A DNA stretch of 37,418 nucleotides from Lysobacterales bacterium. GTDB lineage: Bacteria; Pseudomonadota; Gammaproteobacteria; Xanthomonadales; SZUA-36. The stretch covers positions 1 through 37,418 of the forward strand of contig JAPHSB010000414.1 in the NCBI GenBank assembly GCA_026193295.1, in the 5' to 3' direction. Position 1 is the first letter of the stretch; the number at the start of each line of letters is the position of its first letter. Positions 28,625-37,132 of this stretch are shown here, one piece after another. The position numbers were made by a program, and so were the translations under genes. A model generated the notes under the pieces. It worked only from the letters and a program-made list of their open reading frames with translations, ran no database searches and had not been told where the DNA came from.

Positions 28625-29602
28625 TCAGTTCATGGTCAGGACGACTTTTCCCCTGGCGCGGCGTTCGGTGATGGCGGAGAAGGCATCGGCGTAATGTTCC
28701 AGCGGATAGCTTTCCGTGACGCGTGGCTTGAGCTTGCCTGACTCGACCATTGCAGCGAGCTCAACCATGTTCTGCAGCGATTCGCCCGGATTGTGGTTGC
28801 TCCAGGTTCCCCACCAGACTCCGATAATGCTCGCTTCCTTGAGCAGGGCGATATTCGCTGGAAAATCCGGGATTTCGCCACAGGCAAACCCGATCACCAG
28901 GTAACGCCCGTGCCAGGCCAGCGAGCGCAAGGCCATTTGGGCCAACTCGCCGCCGACGGGGTCGTATACGACATCGACGCCTTTGCCTTTGGTGAGTTCC
29001 TTCACGGCATCCCGTAGCGAGGCGGACGAGTAGTTGATCGTTTCATCGGCCCCGGCCTGTCGAGCAAATGCGAGCTTTTCTTCACTGCTGGCCGCTGCGA
29101 TGACCCTGGCACCCAGGGCCTTGGCGATCTCCACGGCCGTGATGCCGACGCCGCCCGCGGCGCCGAGAACCAGGACGGTTTCGCCCGGTTTCAACTGCGT
29201 GCATTGGCGATATGCGTGGTAACTGGTGGCATAGGTGACGGTAAAGCCGGCGCCCTGCTCGAAGCTGAGGCTGGCCGGCAGCGGCAGGCAGAGCTTCTCC
29301 GCTGCCACGCATTTTTCGGCAAATCCGCCACTGAGCGGCGTGACAATCACGCGGTCACCCGGTTTGAACCGGGTCACGCCCGTGCCGACCGCCTCGACCA
29401 CGCCGGCTGCCTCGTTACCGGGGACAAAGGGCGGCGGGACCTTGACCTGGTAGGTGCCCGCAATCACCAGCACGTCGGGAAAGTTGATGCCGGCGGCCTT
29501 GATATCGACCAGCACCTCTCCGTCCCCGGGAACCGGGTTCGTCTTTTCTTCGATGACCAGTTTCTCCGGTGGGCCGTACTCTTTGCACACCAGTGCTTTC
29601 AT
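28625..29602 (-). CDS. NADPH:quinone oxidoreductase-like medium-chain dehydrogenase/reductase
   Basis: 325 aa. GINFPDVL...G.Y....PPFVPG.EAAGVV and VLGAAGGVGITAVEIAK (Rossmann loop). No zinc-ligand Cys cluster, hence QOR-type. Confidence 0.85.
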   Translation of the reverse strand: MKALVCKEYGPPEKLVIEEKTNPVPGDGEVLVDIKAAGINFPDVLVIAGTYQVKVPPPFVPGNEAAGVVEAVGTGVTRFKPGDRVIVTPLSGGFAEKCVAAEKLCLPLPASLSFEQGAGFTVTYATSYHAYRQCTQLKPGETVLVLGAAGGVGITAVEIAKALGARVIAAASSEEKLAFARQAGADETINYSSASLRDAVKELTKGKGVDVVYDPVGGELAQMALRSLAWHGRYLVIGFACGEIPDFPANIALLKEASIIGVWWGTWSNHNPGESLQNMVELAAMVESGKLKPRVTESYPLEHYADAFSAITERRARGKVVLTMN

Positions 29603-29605
29603 AAT

Positions 29606-30787
29606 TCATGCAACCTCGAACAATGACGCGGCGCCTTGTCCGCCACCAATACACATGGTGCAGACCACGTACTTCACACCCCTGCGCTTGCCCTCGATCA
29701 ACGCGTGGCCGACCAGGCGGGCGCCGGACATGCCATAGGGATGCCCGATCGAAATGGCGCCGCCGTTCACGTTCAGGTTTTCATTCGGAATGCCCAAACG
29801 GTCACGGCAGTAGACGACCTGCACCGCGAACGCTTCGTTCAGCTCCCAAAGGCCGATGTCATCCATCTGGAGCCCGGTGCGCTGCAGCAGCTTCGGGATG
29901 GCGAAGACCGGGCCGATGCCCATTTCATCGGGCTCGCAGCCGGCAACCGCGGTGCCGCGGTAGTAGCCCAGTGGCTCCAGGCCACGCTTTTCGGCCAGGC
30001 GGGCTTCCATGACGACCGAGGCTGATGCGCCGTCGGACAGTTGGCTGGCGTTACCGGCCGTTATGTGACCGTTTTCACGCACGGTCTTCAGTCCTGACAG
30101 ACCCTCCAGGGTGGTGTCCGCGCGATTGCCTTCGTCTTTTTCCAGCACGACATCCCGGAATGAGATTTCACCGGTTTCCTTGTTCATGACGCCCATCTGG
30201 GATGGCAGCGGAACGATTTCGTCGTCGAAGCGGCCGGCGGCTTGCCCCGCGGCCGTGCGCTGCTGGCTTTGCAGGGCGTACTCGTCCTGGGTTTCGCGGC
30301 TGATGCCATAGCGACGGGCTACAACTTCCGCAGTGTCAAGCATCGGCATGTAGATGTGCTCGTGCAGGGCCACCAGGCCGGGGTCCACCATGCGGTAGGT
30401 ATTCATGTGCTCGTTCTGCACGACACTGATGGAATCCTGGCCGCCACCGACCATGATATCGACGCCGTCATACATGATCGATTTGGCGGCCGTGGCGATG
30501 GCCATCATGCCGGAGGAGCACTGCCGGTCGACGGTCATGCCGCCCACGGTCACGGGGAGCCCGCCGGCCAGCGCTGCCAGGCGGGCGATATTGGGCGCCT
30601 GCGAACCCTGGGTCAGGGCGCAGCCCCAGGCCACATCCTCCACTTCCGCCGGATCCAGTCCGCATTTCGCCACGGCGCTCTTGATGGCATGACCGCCCAG
30701 GGTGGGGCCATCGGTGTTGTTGAATGCACCACGGTAGGCTCGGCCGATGGGCGTACGTGCGGTTGAGACGATGACGGCTTCACGCAT
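29606..30787 (-). CDS. Acetyl-CoA C-acyltransferase (thiolase)
   Basis: 393 aa. Active-site Cys context [32 protein letters not shown], and a C-terminal CIGGGQGAA. Confidence 0.9.
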   Translation of the reverse strand: MREAVIVSTARTPIGRAYRGAFNNTDGPTLGGHAIKSAVAKCGLDPAEVEDVAWGCALTQGSQAPNIARLAALAGGLPVTVGGMTVDRQCSSGMMAIATAAKSIMYDGVDIMVGGGQDSISVVQNEHMNTYRMVDPGLVALHEHIYMPMLDTAEVVARRYGISRETQDEYALQSQQRTAAGQAAGRFDDEIVPLPSQMGVMNKETGEISFRDVVLEKDEGNRADTTLEGLSGLKTVRENGHITAGNASQLSDGASASVVMEARLAEKRGLEPLGYYRGTAVAGCEPDEMGIGPVFAIPKLLQRTGLQMDDIGLWELNEAFAVQVVYCRDRLGIPNENLNVNGGAISIGHPYGMSGARLVGHALIEGKRRGVKYVVCTMCIGGGQGAASLFEVA

Positions 30788-30856
30788 GAGAACTTCCTCT
30801 GGATCCAGGCCCCGTGTCCGGGGCCGTTGTGGGTTGATTCAGATCCCCTATCGGGA

Positions 30857-31765
30857 TCAGGACAATTTGATACCCAGCGCTTTGGCGCCTTGTTCAGCAA
30901 ATTTTCCGGTTTGCTCGAATCCGGCCTGCAATTCGCGCATGCCGTCCATGCTGGTGATTTCAGCCCAGGACTGTGCGACACCCTCGGCGGTCACGCGGTC
31001 CGGCGCCAGGTTGACGCCTTCGGTTTCAAAGCCCTTGTATACGGCAAAACTGCCGCCGCCGGCACACAGAACCGTGCGACTGGGGGCGTCGTCGCTGACC
31101 AGGAAGACCACGCCGGGGCTGACCGATTCAGGCGACAGTAGCTTGAACGCGGCCTCGGGGATCAACCCCTCGGTCATGGCCGTGCCGGCGGCCGGCGCCA
31201 GGCAGTTCACGCGGATGTTGTACTTGGCGCCCTCCAGGTGCAACGTGTTCATCATGCCGACCATTGCCATTTTCGCGGCACCATAGTTGGTTTGTCCGAA
31301 GTTGCCATACAAACCGGTGCTGGATGTGGTCATCACGATTCGCCCATAGGCTTGTTCCCGCATGGTTTCCCAGACTGCCTTGCTGCAGTAGGCCGTACCC
31401 ATCAGGTGTACGTCGATCACCTGTCGAAATTCCTCCATGGTCATCTTCAGGAAGCTCTTGTCGCGCAGGATGCCGGCGTTGTTGACGAGAATGTCGACGC
31501 GACCCCATTCGTTCAATGCTTGCCGGGTCATGGCTTCGACCTGGTCCCAGTCGGATACGCTGGCGCCATTGGCCAGCGCTTCACCGCCCGCGGTTCGAAT
31601 CTCCTCGACCACCGCTTCAGCGTTGTCCGAAACTCCGTCCGCGCCACCGAGGTCATTCACCAGGACCTTAGCCCCCCGTTGTGCCAGGGCCAGGGCATGG
31701 GCGCGGCCCAAGCCGCGGCCGGCGCCCGTTACGATCGCCACGCGTCCTTCCAGCTTCATGTTCAT
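30857..31765 (-). CDS. SDR resembling the (3R)-hydroxyacyl-CoA dehydrogenase domain of multifunctional enzyme type 2
   Basis: 302 aa. GRVAIVTGAGRGLGRAHALALAQRGAKVLVNDLGG is very close to the MFE-2/HSD17B4 N-terminal pattern as I recall it. YGAAKMA is the Y-x3-K. Confidence 0.8.
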   Translation of the reverse strand: MNMKLEGRVAIVTGAGRGLGRAHALALAQRGAKVLVNDLGGADGVSDNAEAVVEEIRTAGGEALANGASVSDWDQVEAMTRQALNEWGRVDILVNNAGILRDKSFLKMTMEEFRQVIDVHLMGTAYCSKAVWETMREQAYGRIVMTTSSTGLYGNFGQTNYGAAKMAMVGMMNTLHLEGAKYNIRVNCLAPAAGTAMTEGLIPEAAFKLLSPESVSPGVVFLVSDDAPSRTVLCAGGGSFAVYKGFETEGVNLAPDRVTAEGVAQSWAEITSMDGMRELQAGFEQTGKFAEQGAKALGIKLS

Positions 31766-31807
31766 AGTAACTCCAACAAAAGTATATTAAACAACATATT
31801 ACGGTAT

Positions 31808-32269
31808 CTATTTGACGACGAATATCGACAGTGTCTCTGCTACCATGGCCGGCTTGGGCTGGTTTTCAATCTCCATGGTCACCAGGGCCTTGACCAGCCA
31901 CTGCCCGGGGTTCCTTTCCGTGACTTCGAGGTATTTCTGATGGGCGCGTATCCGGCTGCCGACCCGCACGGGTTGGAGGAAGCGAACTTTGTCCGAGCCG
32001 TAGTTGATGGCCATAACCAGTCCTTCGATGGTCGGTGCCTTCTCTACCGTCAAAAACGAAAGCAGGGAAAGAGTCAGGAAACCGTGGGCGATGGTGCCGC
32101 CGAAAGGAGTCCGGGCCGCCTTGTCCGCGTCGATGTGGATGAACTGGTGATCGTTGGTCGCATCGGCGAACTGATCGACACGTTCCTGGGTAATTTCAAA
32201 CCACGAGGAAGGCTCCAGTTCCCGACCCACCAGCGAGGTCAACTCGGAAGACTTGATGATTTGGTTCAT
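31808..32269 (-). CDS. MaoC-like (R)-specific enoyl-CoA hydratase (hot-dog fold)
   Basis: 153 aa. The hydratase-2 motif region is TNDHQFIHIDADKAARTPFGGTIAHGFLTLS. Confidence 0.8.
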   Translation of the reverse strand: MNQIIKSSELTSLVGRELEPSSWFEITQERVDQFADATNDHQFIHIDADKAARTPFGGTIAHGFLTLSLLSFLTVEKAPTIEGLVMAINYGSDKVRFLQPVRVGSRIRAHQKYLEVTERNPGQWLVKALVTMEIENQPKPAMVAETLSIFVVK

Positions 32270-32290
32270 GGTGGTGCTGCTCCCTCGAAA

Positions 32291-33412
32291 TCAGTAGCCG
32301 CGCAGGCGGGCATAGCGGTCCAGGTGAAAGTTACGGTCCCCGTACAGAGTCTCGAGGATCCGGCAACGCTTCAGGAAAAAGCCGATGTCGAATTCGTCGG
32401 TCATGCCGATGCCGCCGTGCATCTGGATCGCTTCGCAGGCGGCCTTGTGCGCCGTGGTGCTGAGCTTGGCCTTGGCCAGGCTGGCCAGTTCGGCGTTGTC
32501 GACAGCGCCTTCGTCCAGCATCTGGAGTGCCTTGAGAACCACCGATTTGCACATCTCGATTTCCGCATGCAACTGGGCTGCGCGGTGCTGCAGGGCCTGG
32601 AAACTGCCGATCAGCACGCCGAACTGCTTGCGCTCCCTCAGGTAATTCATCGTGCGTTCGAAGGCTTCCTGGGCAATGCCGAGTAACTCGGCAGAGGCGC
32701 CGATGCGCGCGATATCGAGGACGCGATCCAGCAGCGCCTGGCCTTCGCCCAACGCACCCAGCAAGGCCGTGGCGGGGAGCTCAACGTCCTTGAAGGTCAC
32801 CGCAGCCGCTATGCTGATGTCGAGCGCGGGGTAGGGCTGCACGGTGACGCCGTTGGCCTTGGCGGGCACCAGGAACAGAGATATCCCTTGCCCGGTCGCT
32901 GCGCTGACGATGAAGGTGTCAGCCGCCGCACCGTCCATAACGGCGGTTTTGCCGCCATTCAGCCGGTAACCGTCACCGGCGGCTACCGCCTGGCTGGAGT
33001 TTCGCTCCGGCTGGTGAAGGGTGGTTTCGTCACAGGCCAGCGCCAGGATGCGTTGGCCGGCAGCCACCTCGGGCAAAACTTCGGCGCACTGTTCCGGGCT
33101 GCCTCCGAGGATCAGCGCGGCAGCCCCGGTGAGGGCCGTGCCCAACAGGGGGCTGGGTGTCAGCGTGCGTCCGCTTTCCTCCAGCAGCAGCCCAAGGCCG
33201 GTATAGCCGTAGCCCAGGCCGCCGTGTTCCTCGGGAACGAGTATGGCTGTCCAGCCCATTTCCACGATCTCGTCCCACAGTTCGCGAGAGAAGCCCAGCT
33301 CGTTGCCACTGTCGCGAATCTGCCGCAAATGGCTGACCGGGGCTCGTTGAGTCAGAAAATCGCGTGCTGCATCCCGCAGCATCCGTTGTTCTTCATTCAA
33401 TACCAATGCCAT
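32291..33412 (-). CDS. Acyl-CoA dehydrogenase family protein (second of an adjacent pair)
   Basis: The ORF track gives 32291..33463. I trimmed to the ATG at 33412 (MALVLNEEQRMLRDAARDF...), which has GAGGAA upstream. ACAD N-, middle- and C-domain layout. The C-terminus RILETLYGD aligns with the catalytic-base region. Confidence 0.8.
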   Translation of the reverse strand: MALVLNEEQRMLRDAARDFLTQRAPVSHLRQIRDSGNELGFSRELWDEIVEMGWTAILVPEEHGGLGYGYTGLGLLLEESGRTLTPSPLLGTALTGAAALILGGSPEQCAEVLPEVAAGQRILALACDETTLHQPERNSSQAVAAGDGYRLNGGKTAVMDGAAADTFIVSAATGQGISLFLVPAKANGVTVQPYPALDISIAAAVTFKDVELPATALLGALGEGQALLDRVLDIARIGASAELLGIAQEAFERTMNYLRERKQFGVLIGSFQALQHRAAQLHAEIEMCKSVVLKALQMLDEGAVDNAELASLAKAKLSTTAHKAACEAIQMHGGIGMTDEFDIGFFLKRCRILETLYGDRNFHLDRYARLRGY

Positions 33413-33431
33413 GATCTTTTCCTCAGACGGG

Positions 33432-34613
33432 TCAGCCCGGCAAGCCAAGGATGTGCTTGGCAACGATGTTCAATTGGATCTCGGACGTACCCCCTTCGAT
33501 GGAGTTGCCCTTGCTGCGCAGCCACTGCCTGGGAGTATCGCCGTCCTTGCTGGCGTCGCCTTCCCAGACCAGGGCGTCATTGCCGCCAATGGCCATCAAC
33601 AGTTCCTGGCGCCGCATGTTCAGTTCAGTGCCGTAGTACTTGAACATCGATGCGGCGGCGCCGAGGCTGACGCCGGCCTTGACCTCGTCGCGAGCGCGCT
33701 CGATGGTCAACTCCAGGCAGCGTTCGTCGATCTCGTAGCGGGCGATGTCCGCCCTGAGCGGCGTATTGCGCAGGACGCCGTTGTCCGTGCCGATCGTTTT
33801 CGTCGCGGTCTTGCTCACCGACATGGTGCCGGCGCTGGAAACGCCGGACCCGGCGATCATTTCGCGTTCGTGGGTCAACAGGTACTTGGCCACGGTCCAG
33901 CCCTGGTTGAGCGTGCCGATGACCTGGTCTTTCTCGACGCGCACATCGTCGAAGATCGTCTCGGTGAAGGGTGACTTGCCGCTGATCAGACGGATGGGGC
34001 GGGTCGACACCCCGGGCGTGGCCATGTCGAACATCACGAAACTGATGCCCTTGTGCTTAGGCGCCTCGATATCTGTGCGCACCAGGCAAAACATCCAGTC
34101 GCCCAGGTCGCCGTAAGAGGTCCAGACTTTTGAACCGTTCAGAATGAAGTGGTCACCGCGATCTTCGCAGCGCGCCTGCAGGCTCGCCAGGTCGGAACCG
34201 GCGTTGGGTTCGCTGTAACCTTGCGCCCAGCGAATCTCGCCTCGCACAATCGGTGGCAGGTGCTGCTGTTTCAGTTCTTCGCTGCCGAACTTCAGCAGGG
34301 CAGGGCCCAGCATGGAAATTCCGAAGCTGATCAGCGGTTGCCTGGCGTGAATTCGCGCAAGTTCTTCCTTGAGAATCTTTTCCTCTTCGCGGTTCAGCCC
34401 GCCGCCGCCATATTCCGTGGGCCAGGTGGGCGCGGTCCAGCCGCGCTCCGCCATGCGCTCGAGCCACAGGCGCTGGTCCTCACTGTAAAATTCGAAGTTG
34501 CGGCCGCCCCAGCAAGCTTCTGCTTCGGACGGCAGTGGGGAACGCATCGACTCCGGACAATTGTCCTCGAGCCATTCACGCACCGCCTGTCTGAAATCTT
34601 CCGGTTGGTTCAT
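33432..34613 (-). CDS. Acyl-CoA dehydrogenase family protein (first of an adjacent pair)
   Basis: The ORF track gives 33432..34676. I trimmed to the ATG at 34613 (MNQPEDFRQAVREWLEDN...). WTAPTWPTEYGGGG, YSEPNAGSDLASL, KVWTS, and a C-terminal SIEGGTSEIQLNIVA (catalytic Glu context). Confidence 0.85.
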   Translation of the reverse strand: MNQPEDFRQAVREWLEDNCPESMRSPLPSEAEACWGGRNFEFYSEDQRLWLERMAERGWTAPTWPTEYGGGGLNREEEKILKEELARIHARQPLISFGISMLGPALLKFGSEELKQQHLPPIVRGEIRWAQGYSEPNAGSDLASLQARCEDRGDHFILNGSKVWTSYGDLGDWMFCLVRTDIEAPKHKGISFVMFDMATPGVSTRPIRLISGKSPFTETIFDDVRVEKDQVIGTLNQGWTVAKYLLTHEREMIAGSGVSSAGTMSVSKTATKTIGTDNGVLRNTPLRADIARYEIDERCLELTIERARDEVKAGVSLGAAASMFKYYGTELNMRRQELLMAIGGNDALVWEGDASKDGDTPRQWLRSKGNSIEGGTSEIQLNIVAKHILGLPG

Positions 34614-34768
34614 CTGTGATCGCCCCGATTTTGGCTGTTCGCTTGGCAGGAAAATAATTTCAAGATAAAATTTCAAACTTCAAGTATGGTACATTACACA
34701 AGTGGATGCGGCTGCGTCCAGTACTAATTGCACTTGGAGCCGGAAGGCGTTTGTTCGGCCGATAGAGG

Positions 34769-36052
34769 GTGTCAGGTAACCGCGTGAACCGTAAAGAAAA
34801 ACAACTCGAATCGCCGTTCAACAAAAGTTTTCTGCGCGAGCAGAAGCGCCGGGCGATCCTGTCCGAAGCGGCCGGGCTGTTCAATGTGCACGGCGCGCGA
34901 GCCACCCGGCTCAGCGATGTCGCAGAAGCCCTGGACCTGAATAAAGCCAGCCTGTACTACTACATCAAGTCAAAGGACGACTTGATCTATCAAACCTACG
35001 AAGCCAGTTGCGATACGCTCGAGGGCCTGCTTAAACGCGCGGACACACTCGGCAAAACAGGCTCGGAAAAGCTGGTCTGGTTCATCCGTTCCTATTTTGA
35101 AGCCTGGCAGGCAATCATGTTGGGCGAACGTCCCCAATTCGCGATACTGACGGAAATACGCGCATTAAAGCCCGCTCACAGGAAACACGTGGCGGCTCGT
35201 TACAAAGCATCTTTCGGCCGCATCAAGAACTTCATCCAGTTGGGCATCCAGGACAACAGTCTGCGTCGGTGCCAGGAAACCGACGCGGCACTGGCGATCT
35301 TCGGCCTCGTGCAGATGACGGTGCTGTGGCTGCCCGGCTTGGATCCCGCAGATACAGACCGCGCAGCGGACGACTTTATCGACATTGTTCTCCACGGCAT
35401 CGCGGCGGATGGATCGGTAGGTATGCCGTTACCAAGCGGCAAGAACAGCCGGGCAGACGACAGCAAACCCAACCCGCAAAGGTCCTCCCGCCAGGAAGCG
35501 TTCTGCCGCGTCGGCAGCGCCTTCTTCAACCGCAAGGGCTTCAAAGCGACGTTTCTGGACGACATTGCCCACGAATTGGCCGTCACCAAAGGTGCTTTTT
35601 ATTACAGCGTGAAAGACAAGGATGATCTGCTGCACCAGTGCTTCGAACGCTCGCTTGCACTGATGACGGCCACCCAGGAACATTCCGGTAGCTGCGGAGG
35701 CAGTGGCCTGGAGGACCTGCAGCGATGTGTCTTCCAGTTGTTCAAAGTCCAGACCGGCAATGAGGGACCGCTGATCCGGTTCAATCTGATACCTTCACTG
35801 TCGGCGCCGCACAAGAACAAGATCCTGGCTGGAATCGAGCGGGTCTCCGACGGTTTCGGAGCCATGATCGAGAAGGGGATCGCCGACGGCAGTATCCGCC
35901 AGGTCGATCCCTATATCGCGGAACAAATGCTGATGACCGCAATAGACCTCAGCGCCGAGCTGCCCTGGATGCGCGAGATCGGAGACGTCGCCGAGGCCTG
36001 CCGGAGTTATTTCGGATTTTATTTCAGCGGGTTGTCCAACACTTCGCGTTGA
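34769..36052 (+). CDS. TetR/AcrR-family regulator made of two complete TetR modules fused in tandem
   Basis: 427 aa with a GTG start; GTG at 34784 is an alternative. Two separate TetR_N HTH signatures are present: RRAILSEAAGLFNVHGARATRLSDVAEALDLNKASLYYYIKSKDDLI (aa 27-73) and RQEAFCRVGSAFFNRKGFKATFLDDIAHELAVTKGAFYYSVKDKDDLL (aa 241-288). Each is followed by about 140 aa of helical ligand-domain-like sequence. A Pro/Ser-rich linker joins them (aa about 216-240). Confidence 0.85.
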   Translation: MSGNRVNRKEKQLESPFNKSFLREQKRRAILSEAAGLFNVHGARATRLSDVAEALDLNKASLYYYIKSKDDLIYQTYEASCDTLEGLLKRADTLGKTGSEKLVWFIRSYFEAWQAIMLGERPQFAILTEIRALKPAHRKHVAARYKASFGRIKNFIQLGIQDNSLRRCQETDAALAIFGLVQMTVLWLPGLDPADTDRAADDFIDIVLHGIAADGSVGMPLPSGKNSRADDSKPNPQRSSRQEAFCRVGSAFFNRKGFKATFLDDIAHELAVTKGAFYYSVKDKDDLLHQCFERSLALMTATQEHSGSCGGSGLEDLQRCVFQLFKVQTGNEGPLIRFNLIPSLSAPHKNKILAGIERVSDGFGAMIEKGIADGSIRQVDPYIAEQMLMTAIDLSAELPWMREIGDVAEACRSYFGFYFSGLSNTSR

Positions 36053-36075
36053 TTCACGCAGAAGGTCCGCGTGTC

Positions 36076-36107
36076 GAAAAAACACCCGCGGCACGCCGGC
36101 CGCGGGT
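36076..36107 (-). terminator. Rho-independent terminator for the minus-strand gene at 36131-36913 (hairpin shared with the convergent TetR gene)
   Basis: ACCCGCGGC (36084-36092), loop ACGCCG, GCCGCGGGT (36099-36107). On the minus strand the hairpin is followed by TTTTTT (complement of 36077-36082). Confidence 0.6.
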
Positions 36108-36130
36108 TCATGGTTTGGAAGGGCGGTCGC

Positions 36131-36913
36131 TCAGTTTCCGCTTTTCATGGACAGCTCGTCGCGATGCACCCAGACCTGGTAATCGGACCCCCAGGTGGCA
36201 GCAGAGAACTTTTTCATCAATTCCGCGGCGGCGTCCGCCGAACCCAGTTGACTCGCCAGAAAATCAGCGAAGCCTTCACCAGAACCGGCCATGCTGGCGA
36301 AATTCTTGTGGGGAACGATCACCGAGACCAGTGGATCTCCCCCAACTGTGGTTGCCCATAACCAGGAGCGCGTGTTGCCTGCCCAGCCCTGGTTGATCGC
36401 GATCTGGCTCATCTTTTCCCTGGCCGCGTTAAAGTCCGCGCTTTCGCCAGCCTTCACGGTAAACTCAGTGACGGCAAAGTACTTGTATGGGCCACCTTCG
36501 TTGTTCCAGTGACTGTTGGCCCAATCGATTTCTTCGAAATAATGCTGGTATTTCTCGACGTGCGGCGCGACGTGCTCGCCAAAATGCGTCCCTACAGCCG
36601 GGTTGTTGTTGCTCCATTCACGGTAGCTGTCCACGTCGGCCCAATTGTGGCAGCAACTGCGGACGGCGAATCGATCGAGGTCATCACCCAACAGGGGCGT
36701 ATAGCTGTCCCAGCGCCAGGGGTCACCGTGCCCGGACCGGAACTCCATGTGCTCCTTGATCGCATCGGACAATTCCTGGGCATGCCCGGCCTTGGGAATC
36801 AAAATCCACATTTCAGCCAGGGGAGGCGTGTCCTGTGCGAAAACCAGGTTCGGCGAAAAGCAGGCGGCCAGGGCCAGCAGGCTGATGAATAAATTGGCTT
36901 TGAGTCTTAACAT
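36131..36913 (-). CDS. Secreted hypothetical protein, apparent internal tandem duplication of a module of about 110 aa
   Basis: The ORF track gives 36131..37069. I trimmed to the ATG at 36913 (MLRLKANLFISLLALAACFSPNLVFAQD, signal peptide), preceded by GAGGGAGA. No family recognised. The two halves share a pattern: xKAG-helix-W...G(G/D)D...V..(H)xNxA. Confidence 0.6.
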   Translation of the reverse strand: MLRLKANLFISLLALAACFSPNLVFAQDTPPLAEMWILIPKAGHAQELSDAIKEHMEFRSGHGDPWRWDSYTPLLGDDLDRFAVRSCCHNWADVDSYREWSNNNPAVGTHFGEHVAPHVEKYQHYFEEIDWANSHWNNEGGPYKYFAVTEFTVKAGESADFNAAREKMSQIAINQGWAGNTRSWLWATTVGGDPLVSVIVPHKNFASMAGSGEGFADFLASQLGSADAAAELMKKFSAATWGSDYQVWVHRDELSMKSGN

Positions 36914-37132
36914 CGATTCTCCCTCGAAGGTGTGTGCGTCAGTGAGACCACAGCGGTATGCGGCACCCCGACAGTATAAAGCACCAGAGTCGTTCTGCCT
37001 CGCACTTGCCGAAATTTGCGCTCCGGTCCGGGTGGGAGTGACAGCAGTCTCGGCCCACCGGTGGCGCAAAACGTGACCGCTTGCGGGTCAAGCTGGTGTA
37101 GAATGCACGACCGCCTTTTCGGATTTTGTCAC

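Noticed and set aside
31238-32686. 482-aa plus-strand ORF spanning the SDR, MaoC and ACAD genes on the opposite strand
   Set aside because: It crosses two intergenic gaps of well-supported minus-strand genes and has no domain signature. It is a shadow ORF.
37098-37103. TAGAAT as the prfB -10 element, or ATG 37103 as the prfB start
   Set aside because: No acceptable -35 element sits at 16-18 bp spacing. The ATG at 37103 would add a 10-residue extension (MHDRLFGFCH) that I do not recall at the N-terminus of the E. coli or Pseudomonas RF2 proteins. GTG 37133 is preferred, but the start remains uncertain.
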